64,000 nt of DNA from Promethearchaeota archaeon (GCA_019058445.1 JAHPZA010000006.1:736001-800000), one strand, 5' to 3'. Positions 50,211 through 61,427 are shown, numbered from the stretch's first letter. A program made the numbers and translations. The notes: generated from the letters alone by a model not told the origin.

Positions 50211-51740
50211 TTAATTACCATCTTTTATTATATGTGTAGTGATATCATCTTCATAGCTATACATATGAAATTTATGGGGGCTTAATAGAAAATTCGGATC
50301 AACAGTTTTTTTTATATTTTTGAAAAATTGGCTAAATTCAGGAGTGTATGCGTCAGCTTCGACTATTGATTGTGAAATAGATTCTCCTAACCAATAGTGT
50401 ACCGCACCATATTTCACTTGGTACCTTAATTTTTTATGCCAAATATCCATGGCAATTTGGCGTTGATCCTCAACATTTTCAGCATTAAAACCACCCGCTG
50501 CTACACAGTTTCCATTTGGTAAAAGATGCAAAGATCGCGCGAACAATGAAAAGCTCTGATGTGGAAATTCGCTTTTATGTTCGTTATCAAATTGAATGCT
50601 GGATTGTTCTTTTTCTGATATGGCAGAAATTGGAATTTTATGACAGGTAACGCATGAAATTTTAGGAGGGGCTAAAGAAATGAATTTATTAAAGTAAGTG
50701 TACGAGAATTTTAGATTGTAATCCCAATCCTTAGATAATTCTTCATCTAAATCAATTTCTTGCCATTCAAAAGGTCTAGAGTCATTTTTTAATATCTCAT
50801 CTACTTTTTCAAGATACACATCCATAATTCTCTCGTCAAAAGCTTCAAGAAATATTGAAAAAACGGGTCCCCTCAATCTAGCTTTTTTCGGAGGACGATT
50901 TTTTGCTAACGTGGACAATAGTCGCACTACTGCGAGAGGCACTACATAAAGATCTTGTAGGCCATCACTCACTTCCTTTCGCAATTTATGCATTAATTTA
51001 AAAACGGTGTTATAGTCGTCTTTTTGGAGCATATAGTTCCTAAAGATTCTTATAGGCGCATTGGGAAATAATCTTAAGAACGCTTTAGTTTTAATTCCTA
51101 GTGTTCCTACATCTCCCATAAATAATCCCGTAAAATCAGGTGCAACGCCATATCGACAGAAAGGGGTAGCATATTTATTTGCCGCAGAACCTGTTCTAAT
51201 AATCGTACCCTGTGGATTGGGAAGCACAACCTCAACACCTAAGCATATGTCTGGGACCAAACCATACTTAGTTGACCCAAATCCTGCGGTGCTATTTGAA
51301 AGACCACCTCCTATGGTTGCCGAATATCCACTTCCCGGTCCTATAATTCCAGTAGTTAGACCTTTTGCCTGTAATTCAGAAAGCAATGTTCCCCAAGTAA
51401 CACCACATTCAATCTCGCAATAAAAGTCAGACTCATTAATCTCTATAATTTTATTCATTCTCGTAAGGTCAATGAGGATCCCTCCCTCCGAAACAGATCC
51501 TCCAACTAGATCTGCTCCTCCTCCACGAGGAACCATGTGTATTTTATATTTGTTCGCAATTTTTACAATCTCCGATACTTCTTGTGTTGTTTCAGGCAAA
51601 ATAATAACATCTGCCCATCTATCTGGAAATGCGGGATCCACATTTCGTGAATATGCTGCTTTCATAAAATCCTTATCAGTAATATATTTAGATCCTACAA
51701 TGCTTTCCATTTCTTTATAGGCATTCTTAACTTTTGACAT
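50211..51740 (-). CDS. FAD-binding oxidoreductase (GlcD/VAO-PCMH fold)
   Basis: PRGGG, IDLTRMNKI, ATIGG, GTLGI and VDPNFLLSP motifs. Confidence 0.88.
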   Translation of the reverse strand: MSKVKNAYKEMESIVGSKYITDKDFMKAAYSRNVDPAFPDRWADVIILPETTQEVSEIVKIANKYKIHMVPRGGGADLVGGSVSEGGILIDLTRMNKIIEINESDFYCEIECGVTWGTLLSELQAKGLTTGIIGPGSGYSATIGGGLSNSTAGFGSTKYGLVPDICLGVEVVLPNPQGTIIRTGSAANKYATPFCRYGVAPDFTGLFMGDVGTLGIKTKAFLRLFPNAPIRIFRNYMLQKDDYNTVFKLMHKLRKEVSDGLQDLYVVPLAVVRLLSTLAKNRPPKKARLRGPVFSIFLEAFDERIMDVYLEKVDEILKNDSRPFEWQEIDLDEELSKDWDYNLKFSYTYFNKFISLAPPKISCVTCHKIPISAISEKEQSSIQFDNEHKSEFPHQSFSLFARSLHLLPNGNCVAAGGFNAENVEDQRQIAMDIWHKKLRYQVKYGAVHYWLGESISQSIVEADAYTPEFSQFFKNIKKTVDPNFLLSPHKFHMYSYEDDITTHIIKDGN

Positions 51741-51958
51741 GCATTCCCCTTGATTTTAAAGAATAATTATATTAAAATAGGTAATGAGAAATAATATAAA
51801 TTATTTTCACGTAAAATTTTAAACCTTTTTGAGGAGTATCAATAATAAAATCTTTATTAGTAACAAATTTAGATCCAATAATGTCCTCAATTTCTTATTA
51901 AGCCTTTTTTGTTTTTACCATAAATCTCATGTAAATTTTAATTTCAACGTTATTCTTT

Positions 51959-54529
51959 TTAATGTTCTGTTCTTGAGATAACCTCGTTTTGAATTTCAAG
52001 ACCTAATTCTGTAAAATAGGCGCTATAACCACCAACCTTTACAATCAAATCCGTATAATTATCTGGATTTATTTGAGCATCTCGGAGTAATTCTGTTGAT
52101 ATCACTGTTGGTTGTAATTGAGCGCCCCCCAACTTAAAATAAGTACGGAGTAAATAAATCCATTTTTTACGACTTTTTTGAGTTTTTCCTATCGCAGTAG
52201 GATGAAACTTTATATTAACTGCACATCCTAAAACATCACAATATTCTAATGATGCTACAGAGGTTAATACATTAGTTATACCATTTCTTTCTACATTATA
52301 TGGATTACAACTCGCCGCGTATGGGGTTGCAGCTTTTCTTCCATCAGGAGTAGCAATAGATATGCGCCCATCAATAGTATGGGTGGTCATACTTATGATA
52401 TAAGGCACAAAGGGGCCATTCCGAAAGTTTTTATATTTATAAGTCTCTTTGAATAAACAGGATGAGACATAATGTGCTAAATCATCTACTTCTTTAAAAC
52501 CATTCCCCCATTTACCTTCTAGATTTATTATTTTACGATATAGATCCTTATTTTCCATAAAATTATTATCAATCGCTTCTAACAATTCCTTAAATGAAAA
52601 TATTTTTTCATCAAAAATTAGCTTTTTAAGAACATATAATGAATCTGTTAGATTAGCAATACTATTAATGAATGAAATTCCAGAGAGATCATATTTCGCG
52701 CCCCCTTTTGTTACATCTTTTTTATTTTCCAAACATCCTTCAATAAACGCTGAAATATAGGGGGCGGGTAAATGTTCCGCAAATATTTGATCGCGAAGAT
52801 TTGAGATATTTACGATTAGTTGTATTTGCCTTTCTGCTTGAACTAGAAGTGCGCCTAAAAATTCTTCAAATGAAGTAAATGTATCGGGATCACCCGTACT
52901 TAACCCAAGATTTTTTATTGGTCCCATTAAAGTATTAGAATCGCCATTTCGCAATGTAATATCAAGTAATCGGCAAAGTAGCAAAGCGTTGGCACTCATA
53001 GCACCGGTTTTTCCTGGACATGTCATTTCTACACAGCCCATGATAGCATAATTATAGGAATCCTCTTCTGAAAAGCCCCTTCTTTTCATTGCTTCTATAT
53101 TTATATCGTCATTGAAGATTGAGATGTTTGAACTTCCATTATAAGTGATCTCTATTAATTTTAATAATAGATCATCAGGCGTATTTTCATGAATTCTTAC
53201 AGAGACATTTGTAACTGCTCTTGAATTTCCAGCAGCTTCAATAAATAAATAAGTTAAATCATTTGTACCATCGCTTCCATCAGGTTTTAATCCACCAATA
53301 GTGACTGGTGTGGATCCAAGATACCGATGATAAAAATTACTTAACAAATTCGTCTCAGGACGGATATTTTGAGACATTAATTTGAGTAATAACTCTTCCA
53401 ATAGTTCTCTTGCTTGATTTTGGGTAATTGTGCCTCTTTGAATATCCTTCTTATAATAGGGATAAAATATTTGGTCCATTCTGCCAAGGCAATGGAGATT
53501 AATTGGATGAGCGATTTCAACTGCTGTTTTTACAGTCCAAACTGATTGAACTGCTTGATAAAAACTATCTGCAGGATTGAGAGGAACTTTTCTACAGATT
53601 TCCATTAATAATTTTAACTTTTCTTTATTTGAGGGATCTTTTTCAGAATTATATTTTGCTTCAACAGCTTCAGCTAACCTTTTTGAGAAAATAATAATCC
53701 CATCAATAGCAATTCGTATAGATTCAAAAAAATATTTTGCTTCTTTGGAAAGATTTTCCATGTTGCCAAGTTGTAATTCAATTTCATCTTTTATTCCCAA
53801 CAATCCTTTTTTTAATATCTTTTCATAATCTAAAATTAAATGACCTTGAATACAAGCAATTGTAGAGCATATCGAGATCAGTATTGTCTGTCGTGAGGTA
53901 TTTGAGGGAAATGCTCGGGTAAAATCCAACATTTCTCCTGCAATAAAACCAGATTTAGGTATTGTATCTTCGAGGATATCCACGATGGTCCTACCTTTCC
54001 ATTTTGGAAATAATGTTTTTAATAATAGAGTTCTATCTTTTTTATTGATAATGAAAGGATTAATCTTTCTTTTACCCATAGTTTTTACCTTTAAATTCAA
54101 GGGTTTGGTTCCTGAAGATCTTAGAATCTTATTATTATGAAAAAAGTTACGTAATTGATGTTTCTTAATTAGAAATATAAATGATTTGAACATGGCCTTA
54201 ATTCGAAAATGGAACATTGTACTCCATTTTAATTCCGTTTGGAAAACTTTATTGAAAATTCCTTTTTCAATATCAATAGGGACGCCCAAAAAGAATTCTG
54301 TCCATTGTCCTACGATATTATCATCCGGATCAATATAAGGGACTATATTTTCATATACATGTTTCATAGAAAGAGCAACTCGAACATTCAGAGGAAAACC
54401 ACTTTTTTCAGTCTCAAACCATTTTTCTGTATAATATTTTGCCCTCTGAATTGAAATTTTGGGAACTTCTGTCTGGTATCTTTCCCTTATCCTTTGAATT
54501 CGTGCGTTATTTGAATTTATACCGACCAC
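51959..54529 (-). CDS. Glycyl radical enzyme (PFL2/dehydratase-like family)
   Basis: GRMDQ, GCVE active-site Cys, GKWGN, ATPDGR and C-terminal LIVKVGGYSAYF glycyl loop. Confidence 0.88.
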   Translation of the reverse strand: MVGINSNNARIQRIRERYQTEVPKISIQRAKYYTEKWFETEKSGFPLNVRVALSMKHVYENIVPYIDPDDNIVGQWTEFFLGVPIDIEKGIFNKVFQTELKWSTMFHFRIKAMFKSFIFLIKKHQLRNFFHNNKILRSSGTKPLNLKVKTMGKRKINPFIINKKDRTLLLKTLFPKWKGRTIVDILEDTIPKSGFIAGEMLDFTRAFPSNTSRQTILISICSTIACIQGHLILDYEKILKKGLLGIKDEIELQLGNMENLSKEAKYFFESIRIAIDGIIIFSKRLAEAVEAKYNSEKDPSNKEKLKLLMEICRKVPLNPADSFYQAVQSVWTVKTAVEIAHPINLHCLGRMDQIFYPYYKKDIQRGTITQNQARELLEELLLKLMSQNIRPETNLLSNFYHRYLGSTPVTIGGLKPDGSDGTNDLTYLFIEAAGNSRAVTNVSVRIHENTPDDLLLKLIEITYNGSSNISIFNDDINIEAMKRRGFSEEDSYNYAIMGCVEMTCPGKTGAMSANALLLCRLLDITLRNGDSNTLMGPIKNLGLSTGDPDTFTSFEEFLGALLVQAERQIQLIVNISNLRDQIFAEHLPAPYISAFIEGCLENKKDVTKGGAKYDLSGISFINSIANLTDSLYVLKKLIFDEKIFSFKELLEAIDNNFMENKDLYRKIINLEGKWGNGFKEVDDLAHYVSSCLFKETYKYKNFRNGPFVPYIISMTTHTIDGRISIATPDGRKAATPYAASCNPYNVERNGITNVLTSVASLEYCDVLGCAVNIKFHPTAIGKTQKSRKKWIYLLRTYFKLGGAQLQPTVISTELLRDAQINPDNYTDLIVKVGGYSAYFTELGLEIQNEVISRTEH

Positions 54530-54553
54530 TTATTTAATTAATTAATATTAAAT

Positions 54554-54692
54554 TTAAATATTTGTTAAACGGGCCCTACGAATTTTATCATCTTGAATTT
54601 CCTTAGAGTTGAGTTTTAAAGAAATTTACATAATTGGTTTTAAAAGGTATCAGCAAATAAGCCCCTTAGTTTTTTTCTTTGTTTTTCTTCAT
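54554..54692 (-). pseudogene. Degraded ORF upstream of the GRE, possibly a collapsed GRE-activase remnant
   Basis: AGGAGGAG SD plus ATG; with one A removed from an A7 run it reads MKKNKEKTKGLIC*YLLKPIM*ISLKLNSKEIQDDKIRRARLTNI*. Confidence 0.3.
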
Positions 54693-54747
54693 CTCCTCCT
54701 TTTATTAAAAAAATATAATAAAAATATAGTACTTTTATTCTATAACA

Positions 54748-56340
54748 ATGGCTCTTGGATATCTTGGTTTAGTATTACATGGACACATGCCCTATGTTAA
54801 AAAATCTGGTGTTTGGCCATTTGGGGAGGAAATCCTATTTGAAGCCATGAACGAGACATATATTCCATTTCTTAATATATTGAGAACACTCAAGGATAAT
54901 GGAGTCAAAACAGCTATAACAATTAATATAACACCAATATTAGCTGAACAATTAGCAGATGACTATATGAAACAACGATTTACAGAGTATATGGATGATT
55001 TAATTTCGCGAGCCAAAAATGACATCAAACGATTTGCAGATCATACCCAAAGAAAATTAATTGCAGAATATTATCTAGAGAATTTTGAACATGTATTAGA
55101 CATCTTTTATCATAATTACTATCGAGACATTTTAGGAACTTTTAAATGGCTCCAAGATGAAGGTATGATTGAACTAATAACATGTGGCGCTACACATGGA
55201 TTCTTACCTTTACTAGAGAGTGATTCAGGAATATTTGCTCAGATCCAGACTGCGGTGGATACTCATAAAAAATATTTTCATCGTGAACCTAAAGGAATCT
55301 GGCTTCCTGAATGTGCTTATCGACCAGAAGAACATAAAAATGGAGAATTTAGGGAGAGCATCGACTATTGGCTCCATAATTCGGGTATTGAATATTTTTT
55401 TGTAGATTCACACGGAATTTTGGATGCGGAAATCATAGAACAAAAAAACGACATTGGTTTAAATACCAATTACGGATTTAAATTGAAGACAGGAGTTAAT
55501 GTGTTTGGAAGAAACAATAATACTAGTAGACAGGTATGGGACGCAAAAATAGGATATCCCGGGGATGCTAATTATAGAGAATTTCATAAGAAAGATCATG
55601 ATTCAGGTCTGCATTACTGGAAGATAACAGATAAATCTATTGGACAAAAGGAAAAACAACTTTATGATATCGACAATGCTTTAGAAAAAGTGGAATCCCA
55701 TGCTAATCATTTTATTTCAGTTTTATATGATGAATTAAAATTCTTTAATGCCAAATATAATTTGAATGGAATTATTGTATCTCCCTATGATTTTGAATTG
55801 TACGGTCATTGGTGGATGGAAGGGATAAGCTGGTTGAAGAGAATATTTGAGTTGATTTATTATCACGAAGAAATAGAAATGATTACGATTTCTGAGTATA
55901 TTTCTAAATATAATGGTAATTTTTCAATGATAAACATGAAAGAGAGTAGTTGGGGTGAAGGTGGCCATTTTCAAGTGTGGAAAAATCCCGAACATGGGTG
56001 GGTATGGCCTTATATTAATAATTCAATTAAGCAATTTGAAGATATATTAGCTCAAATTCCAAACCCAAATGAATGGGAAGAAAGAATATTAAAGCAGCTT
56101 GCCAGAGAGCTTTTATTGATGGAAGGAAGTGATTGGCCCTTCTTATTATACACAAAACAAGCTAAGGAATATGCTAACCAAAGATTTCACCATCATCATC
56201 AAAGATTTAATAAACTTTTATGGGCTGCTAAAGATATGAAAGAAAAGAGAAGAATTTCTTTAGGGGATTTAGAGGAAATGGAATTAATAGATTCATGCTT
56301 TCCAAATATTAATATCAATTATTTTAGAAGAAAAAAATAA
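54748..56340 (+). CDS. GH57 1,4-alpha-glucan branching enzyme (DUF1957)
   Basis: LVLHGHMPYV, E..ETYIP, CGATHGFLP, GIWLPECAY, PYDFELYGHWW and SDWPF motifs. Confidence 0.9.
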   Translation: MALGYLGLVLHGHMPYVKKSGVWPFGEEILFEAMNETYIPFLNILRTLKDNGVKTAITINITPILAEQLADDYMKQRFTEYMDDLISRAKNDIKRFADHTQRKLIAEYYLENFEHVLDIFYHNYYRDILGTFKWLQDEGMIELITCGATHGFLPLLESDSGIFAQIQTAVDTHKKYFHREPKGIWLPECAYRPEEHKNGEFRESIDYWLHNSGIEYFFVDSHGILDAEIIEQKNDIGLNTNYGFKLKTGVNVFGRNNNTSRQVWDAKIGYPGDANYREFHKKDHDSGLHYWKITDKSIGQKEKQLYDIDNALEKVESHANHFISVLYDELKFFNAKYNLNGIIVSPYDFELYGHWWMEGISWLKRIFELIYYHEEIEMITISEYISKYNGNFSMINMKESSWGEGGHFQVWKNPEHGWVWPYINNSIKQFEDILAQIPNPNEWEERILKQLARELLLMEGSDWPFLLYTKQAKEYANQRFHHHHQRFNKLLWAAKDMKEKRRISLGDLEEMELIDSCFPNININYFRRKK

Positions 56341-56473
56341 AATTAATAAAATTGTTAAAACGTTCCAATATAACGATAATTTTTCCATATAAATATTTTA
56401 AAATATAGTTATAACCATTTATTAAATAAGTTAATTTTTACTTATTTTTGTCTTAAATACAAGAGGGATTAAC

Positions 56474-58351
56474 TTGGAAAATCTTCGAGAATATATACGT
56501 GAAAAATTTAAAGATCTCTTTGAAAATACGGTAAATTATATTATTATTTATAATACAAAAGGAGTGCTCTTGGATGCTAATGATATCACTTTAAACACAT
56601 TTGGGTATACTAGAGAAGAAATAATCAATAAACCAATTAAGGAATTTATATATATCGAAGATCTAACACAAGCCGTAAAGGCTTTCAAGGAACTTAGAAA
56701 AAAAGGAAAGGTTTCAAAAGCTAACACATATAGAATTAAAAATAAACAAGGTGGATTTCGATATGTTGAAATTCATGGAACACCGATAAGAAAAGATGGT
56801 AAGATTGTTGCTATTTTAGGTTTGGGACATGATCTTACAGAAAAAATAGAAGCTCAACTTAAACTAATAGAATCAGAGGAGAAATTCAGAAGTTTATTTA
56901 AAGGAGGTCCACGTTTCACTTTAGCATGGCAGAAAAAGGAGAATGATTTTATACTAGTTGATTATAATGATACTGCCGAGAGAATTTCAAATGGACAAGT
57001 AAGAAAAGATATAGGAAAATCGGCCTCTGATATGTATTTAATAGAACTAGGTCGACCAGATATTATTGAAGGTCTAAATCGGTGTTTTGAAGAAAAATCA
57101 AATTTTACTACGGAAAAAAAAGTATATGTAGATTTTATGAATGCAGAAAGGGACATTCGAGTAGGATGTAATTTTGTCCCTCCAGATTTAGTGGTAACCC
57201 ATATCGAAGATATTACTGAAAGAAAAAGTGCTGAACTTAAATTAAAAGAATCGGAAGAAAAATATCGTCATTTATATAACAATTCACCTTTTTCCATTGT
57301 ATTATTTGACTTGAAGGGAATAATTATTGATTATAACTCTACTTTAGGAAATTTTCTTGGTTACGAACGGAAAGATATAATCGGTAAAAATTTTCTAGAA
57401 GTTGGTTTATTTAAACCCGAAATGGTGCCAATTCTGAAGAAAAGGCTGATTCGTTATGCCAATGGTGAAAATTTAGATCCTATTGAGCTCCAAATTTATA
57501 AAAAGGACGGTACTCTAGCGTGGGTAAACCCGACTGTTTCTCTTATCCATATCGGTGAAGAGACAGTTATCCACATTATGTTCCAAGATATTACAAAGAG
57601 AAAAGATACAGAAGAAAAACTAAAAGAAACTGAAGAAAACTATCGAATAGCATATGAGAGAGAAAATTTCTATAAGGATCTGTTTATGCATGATACTAGT
57701 AATATTCTTCAATCTATGTTAATGTCATTAGAAATGTGTGAGTATAAAATTAAAGCTATTGACGTTTTTGATGAATTAAAAGATGACATAAATAATTTCA
57801 GAGATCAAATTAATAGAGGGGCAAATTTAGTAAATAATGTAAGAAAATTCTCTGAATTTTATGAGTCAAATAAGCTGTTAAAATTTATGAAAATTAAACC
57901 AGTTTTAGTGGATGCTGAAAAAATAATTAAAAATCTATCGAATCATAAGCAAGTAGATATTAAACATGAGAATCTAAAAGAAGATTTTGTTATAAAAGCT
58001 GATGATTTTTTAATTAATGTTTTTGAAAATGTGTTAATTAATGCCGTGAGACATAATGATAATCAAATCACAGAAATTAACGTAAAATTCTCTGAAATTC
58101 AAGAAAACGGGCATAAATTATTAAGAATGGAATTTATTGATAATGCGAGAGGTATTCCTGACTTTAAAAAAGATACTATTTTTAAAAGAGGGGATATAAG
58201 TGATCGGAGTGTATCTGGTCTTGGTTTAGGTTTATCGCTGGTCAAATCTATTTTAGAGAGATATAATGCAAAAATATGGGTTGAAAATAGAGTTAAAGAT
58301 GACTATACCCAAGGATCCAAATTTGTCTTGCTCTTTCCTTTAAGTAAATAG
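56474..58351 (+). CDS. Cytoplasmic multi-PAS sensor histidine kinase
   Basis: Three PAS/PAC units (DLTE, DITERK, DITKRK); H-box FMHDTSN, N-box NVLINAVRH, DNARGI and GLGLGLS. Confidence 0.9.
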   Translation: MENLREYIREKFKDLFENTVNYIIIYNTKGVLLDANDITLNTFGYTREEIINKPIKEFIYIEDLTQAVKAFKELRKKGKVSKANTYRIKNKQGGFRYVEIHGTPIRKDGKIVAILGLGHDLTEKIEAQLKLIESEEKFRSLFKGGPRFTLAWQKKENDFILVDYNDTAERISNGQVRKDIGKSASDMYLIELGRPDIIEGLNRCFEEKSNFTTEKKVYVDFMNAERDIRVGCNFVPPDLVVTHIEDITERKSAELKLKESEEKYRHLYNNSPFSIVLFDLKGIIIDYNSTLGNFLGYERKDIIGKNFLEVGLFKPEMVPILKKRLIRYANGENLDPIELQIYKKDGTLAWVNPTVSLIHIGEETVIHIMFQDITKRKDTEEKLKETEENYRIAYERENFYKDLFMHDTSNILQSMLMSLEMCEYKIKAIDVFDELKDDINNFRDQINRGANLVNNVRKFSEFYESNKLLKFMKIKPVLVDAEKIIKNLSNHKQVDIKHENLKEDFVIKADDFLINVFENVLINAVRHNDNQITEINVKFSEIQENGHKLLRMEFIDNARGIPDFKKDTIFKRGDISDRSVSGLGLGLSLVKSILERYNAKIWVENRVKDDYTQGSKFVLLFPLSK

Positions 58352-58355
58352 GCTT

Positions 58356-59156
58356 TTAATACCAATCCCATTTATTATATGAATAAGGTAAAAACTCATC
58401 TGGATTAACTTCTGCTATCTTTTCCCCAGGTAACATTATATTATCTGTTTTGAGATATAATGCTCCCAAAACCTTTACAATCTCTATTTCTGCCCATGGG
58501 TCGTGAACTGTGGAGTTAAGCTTAACTTCAGCTTCTCCCATTTCCATAGATTGTGGACTCACAGAAGTTTCTTGTTTAACTAACCACGGATTATAATCAA
58601 AGCCTTCTTTATTAGGAGCTGGAAAATACTTAAAGTTATAATTTACAGTATTTTTTCTTCTCCCTGGAAGTAGGCTAAGTTCTTTAATTATTTTAGCTGT
58701 ATCCGGATCGTTAAATTTACCTGTTAATTTTGCTTTTATTTCAATATTTTTCGTTCCTAACCGCTTAGAAAATGCATATACTTCCTTACCTGTACGTGTG
58801 AGTTTGACATTAGCAATTTTTTTAGGAAAACCAAAAATTTCACGGCCCCCTATCATTGATCTATCATCAGTTACCGGCATAGCTAAATAATAATTACCTT
58901 GTTCACCATTATATTCACAGCGTAAGATAAGAGCTCCTTCATAATAAGGAACACCTTGATTCGTAGATGAATAATTCGCGATAAATGCAAATGCTACAGG
59001 TCTACTTGCTGGCTTAAGCGGCTTAGGGAGTAATCTTTCTACAATCTCAGCTTTAGTTTCCCATAAAACAGTAAGCATTTCTGCATTTTTAAATATAGTA
59101 GTTCTTAATTCCTTCTTTTTTTGTTTAATCTCTTCTAAGGATCTTTTAAAACTCAT
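58356..59156 (-). CDS. Acetoacetate decarboxylase family protein
   Basis: YYEGAL and GGREIFGFPKK (Schiff-base Lys) motifs. Confidence 0.85.
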   Translation of the reverse strand: MSFKRSLEEIKQKKKELRTTIFKNAEMLTVLWETKAEIVERLLPKPLKPASRPVAFAFIANYSSTNQGVPYYEGALILRCEYNGEQGNYYLAMPVTDDRSMIGGREIFGFPKKIANVKLTRTGKEVYAFSKRLGTKNIEIKAKLTGKFNDPDTAKIIKELSLLPGRRKNTVNYNFKYFPAPNKEGFDYNPWLVKQETSVSPQSMEMGEAEVKLNSTVHDPWAEIEIVKVLGALYLKTDNIMLPGEKIAEVNPDEFLPYSYNKWDWY

Positions 59157-59292
59157 ACAAAATCACCATTAACAAAATTTACTCCTTATGTAATATTCAA
59201 TTTAATTGCAAATAAACTATTCAATGGATTTGTACAAATAAATGAAAAAATATTTGTTGATTATTTATTTCTTAGCTTATCTAAAATATAAC

Positions 59293-60330
59293 TCAACTTA
59301 AAAAATAGATTCGTCCATTCTTCTCTAATCTTTTTACCTTACCTTGAAATTCTAAGTAGATTAGATGGCTGATAACTTCACTTATCGCTAGAAATGTGTT
59401 TATTTCACTTAATTCTTCTCCAAAATGGAGTTGAGAAATTCTAAAGGGTGTGAGCGGATTATTTTTGATAATACTTGAGATTTCATGCAATCTGATATCA
59501 TGATGCTTCTTAATCTCCAATATTCTTTCATGCGGATTATAAATCACCTCTTGATGTGCGGGAAAAATGATTTTCGGATTTAAATTATCAATTATATCTA
59601 ATGAGTTTAAATAATAATCTAATATATTGGTTAAATCGTACTCACTTTTAAAAGCTGGATTCATCATGAAACTTCCGATATGGGGTGTTATTCTTGAAAG
59701 GATATGATCTCCCGAAAATAAATACCTATTATTGATATCAAAAATGCAGACATGACCTGCAGCATGACCTGGCGTCCAAATAATTTTTAATTTATTCGAA
59801 TTGAATAAAATTTCGTCATTATCATGCAATAACCGGTCGGGTTTACAATAATTTATTAATCTATAGAAATTTGTAAAAAATTGAATAATTCTGTCTCCTT
59901 TTTCTACACCAATGCCAAATCTTATCATTCGTTCGGCAAGTTCCGTAGCAGACTTTTCGACTTCAAAATTGTTTTTAACATCTGTGCTCCATTCAATAAG
60001 ATCATGGGCGATTTTGTGCATTAAAATCTGCATGTCAGGATTTTTGCGTTTCAAAGTTTTAATGAGGCCTATATGGTCAATGTGCGAATGTGTAACTATG
60101 CAATAATCTAAATCTTTGACAGAAATATCAAATTCCTTGAGACCTGTAAAGAATTTCTTCCTCCAATCAGAAAAATGCAATCCCGCATCGATTAATACAT
60201 TTGAGCCATTGATTTTTAATAGATACATGCATACAAAACTAAGCCCTTCAAATGGGGGAAAATCAATTTTAAATCTAATTACATTATTATCTATTTCGCT
60301 GATTTCAGATTTTAAGTCAAATTTAAACAA
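59293..60330 (-). CDS. Metallo-beta-lactamase fold hydrolase with C-terminal wHTH
   Basis: THSHIDHIG, TPGHAAGH, SGDH and PAH motifs. Confidence 0.88.
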   Translation of the reverse strand: MFKFDLKSEISEIDNNVIRFKIDFPPFEGLSFVCMYLLKINGSNVLIDAGLHFSDWRKKFFTGLKEFDISVKDLDYCIVTHSHIDHIGLIKTLKRKNPDMQILMHKIAHDLIEWSTDVKNNFEVEKSATELAERMIRFGIGVEKGDRIIQFFTNFYRLINYCKPDRLLHDNDEILFNSNKLKIIWTPGHAAGHVCIFDINNRYLFSGDHILSRITPHIGSFMMNPAFKSEYDLTNILDYYLNSLDIIDNLNPKIIFPAHQEVIYNPHERILEIKKHHDIRLHEISSIIKNNPLTPFRISQLHFGEELSEINTFLAISEVISHLIYLEFQGKVKRLEKNGRIYFLS

Positions 60331-60740
60331 ATTTCAAGCCAAAAAATTGAATTGATATATATTCAAATTAAACATCTAAAATAACTTTTATTTTGTCCTT
60401 TGCATCTGATTTTTTCCCTAAACATACAAAAATAAACAATAAAAGAAGAAAAATATAAAAACTACTGAAAATATTAAGTAATTCAACTAATACTTTTAAA
60501 ATTAAGGGTGTATTTTATTTTCAGTAAAAAATAGTAAATAGTAAAAGGAGTTTTTATAACACTTGCTAAAGAGGATTGACGCCAAATTAAAAAATCTCTT
60601 AAGTTTTGGAAAAGGTGGAATTTTAAAAGTAAAAATTAGCCGAATTTTTCAACATTTATATAATTTTCGCGAAGATTTCTTTTGCTTGTTGATAAGATTT
60701 GTTTTCAATAGGGAGATCTAATAAATTTTCGCCTAATAAG

Positions 60741-61427
60741 TTAATCGTTTGGAACAAAACACACAGCACGTATCCATGAACCATCCCCCTCTTTAATATT
60801 AATAGGTAATGCGATGAGATAGACTTCTTTATCAACGATTTTGTCGAGATTAGTCAATAATTCTATAACAATCGGAAAATCTTCCCTATTCTTGAATATT
60901 TTTGGATGGTCTATTAGAGAAGGGTCCGTACTGGGGGTATCCATACCAAGGATTCCAATTTTATTATCTAAAATCCAATTTATTGCGTCCTCTGAAAAAT
61001 GTGGATGATCCATATTAAAATATTTCTCATCAAAAGGATCAAAAAATTTATCCCATCCTGTATGAATTAGAATATTATCACCTTTCTGGACATTTTTTTT
61101 AATAAAATCATCAGGATTATAGTGATCTCCTAGTTTTTTATCCGTGAAATCTAGAACCTTGCACCAACCCATAAATCTATTTAAAGGGATCTCATCAAGC
61201 TTAACTCCTTCATTATTGAGGTGATAAGGAGCATCTATGTGAGTTCCTTGGTGACCAGACATGCAAAAATACTTCATATTTATTCTTTCTTCTTGTCCTC
61301 TATTTCGACCTATAATAAACCAGTTATGAACGATACACCGGGGTTCGGCACTCCAAATTGGAGCACCATTATAGATTGGAACAGATAAATCTATTAGGGT
61401 CATATTCTTAAACATATCTTCTTTCAT
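60741..61427 (-). CDS. Cyclase / kynurenine formamidase family protein
   Basis: HQGTHIDAPYH, GMDTPS and GDGSWIRA motifs. Confidence 0.88.
   Translation of the reverse strand: MKEDMFKNMTLIDLSVPIYNGAPIWSAEPRCIVHNWFIIGRNRGQEERINMKYFCMSGHQGTHIDAPYHLNNEGVKLDEIPLNRFMGWCKVLDFTDKKLGDHYNPDDFIKKNVQKGDNILIHTGWDKFFDPFDEKYFNMDHPHFSEDAINWILDNKIGILGMDTPSTDPSLIDHPKIFKNREDFPIVIELLTNLDKIVDKEVYLIALPINIKEGDGSWIRAVCFVPND

Noticed and set aside
60331-60740. Long intergenic region as a possible ncRNA or repeat element
   Set aside because: AT-rich, with no convincing stable structure or second copy visible.
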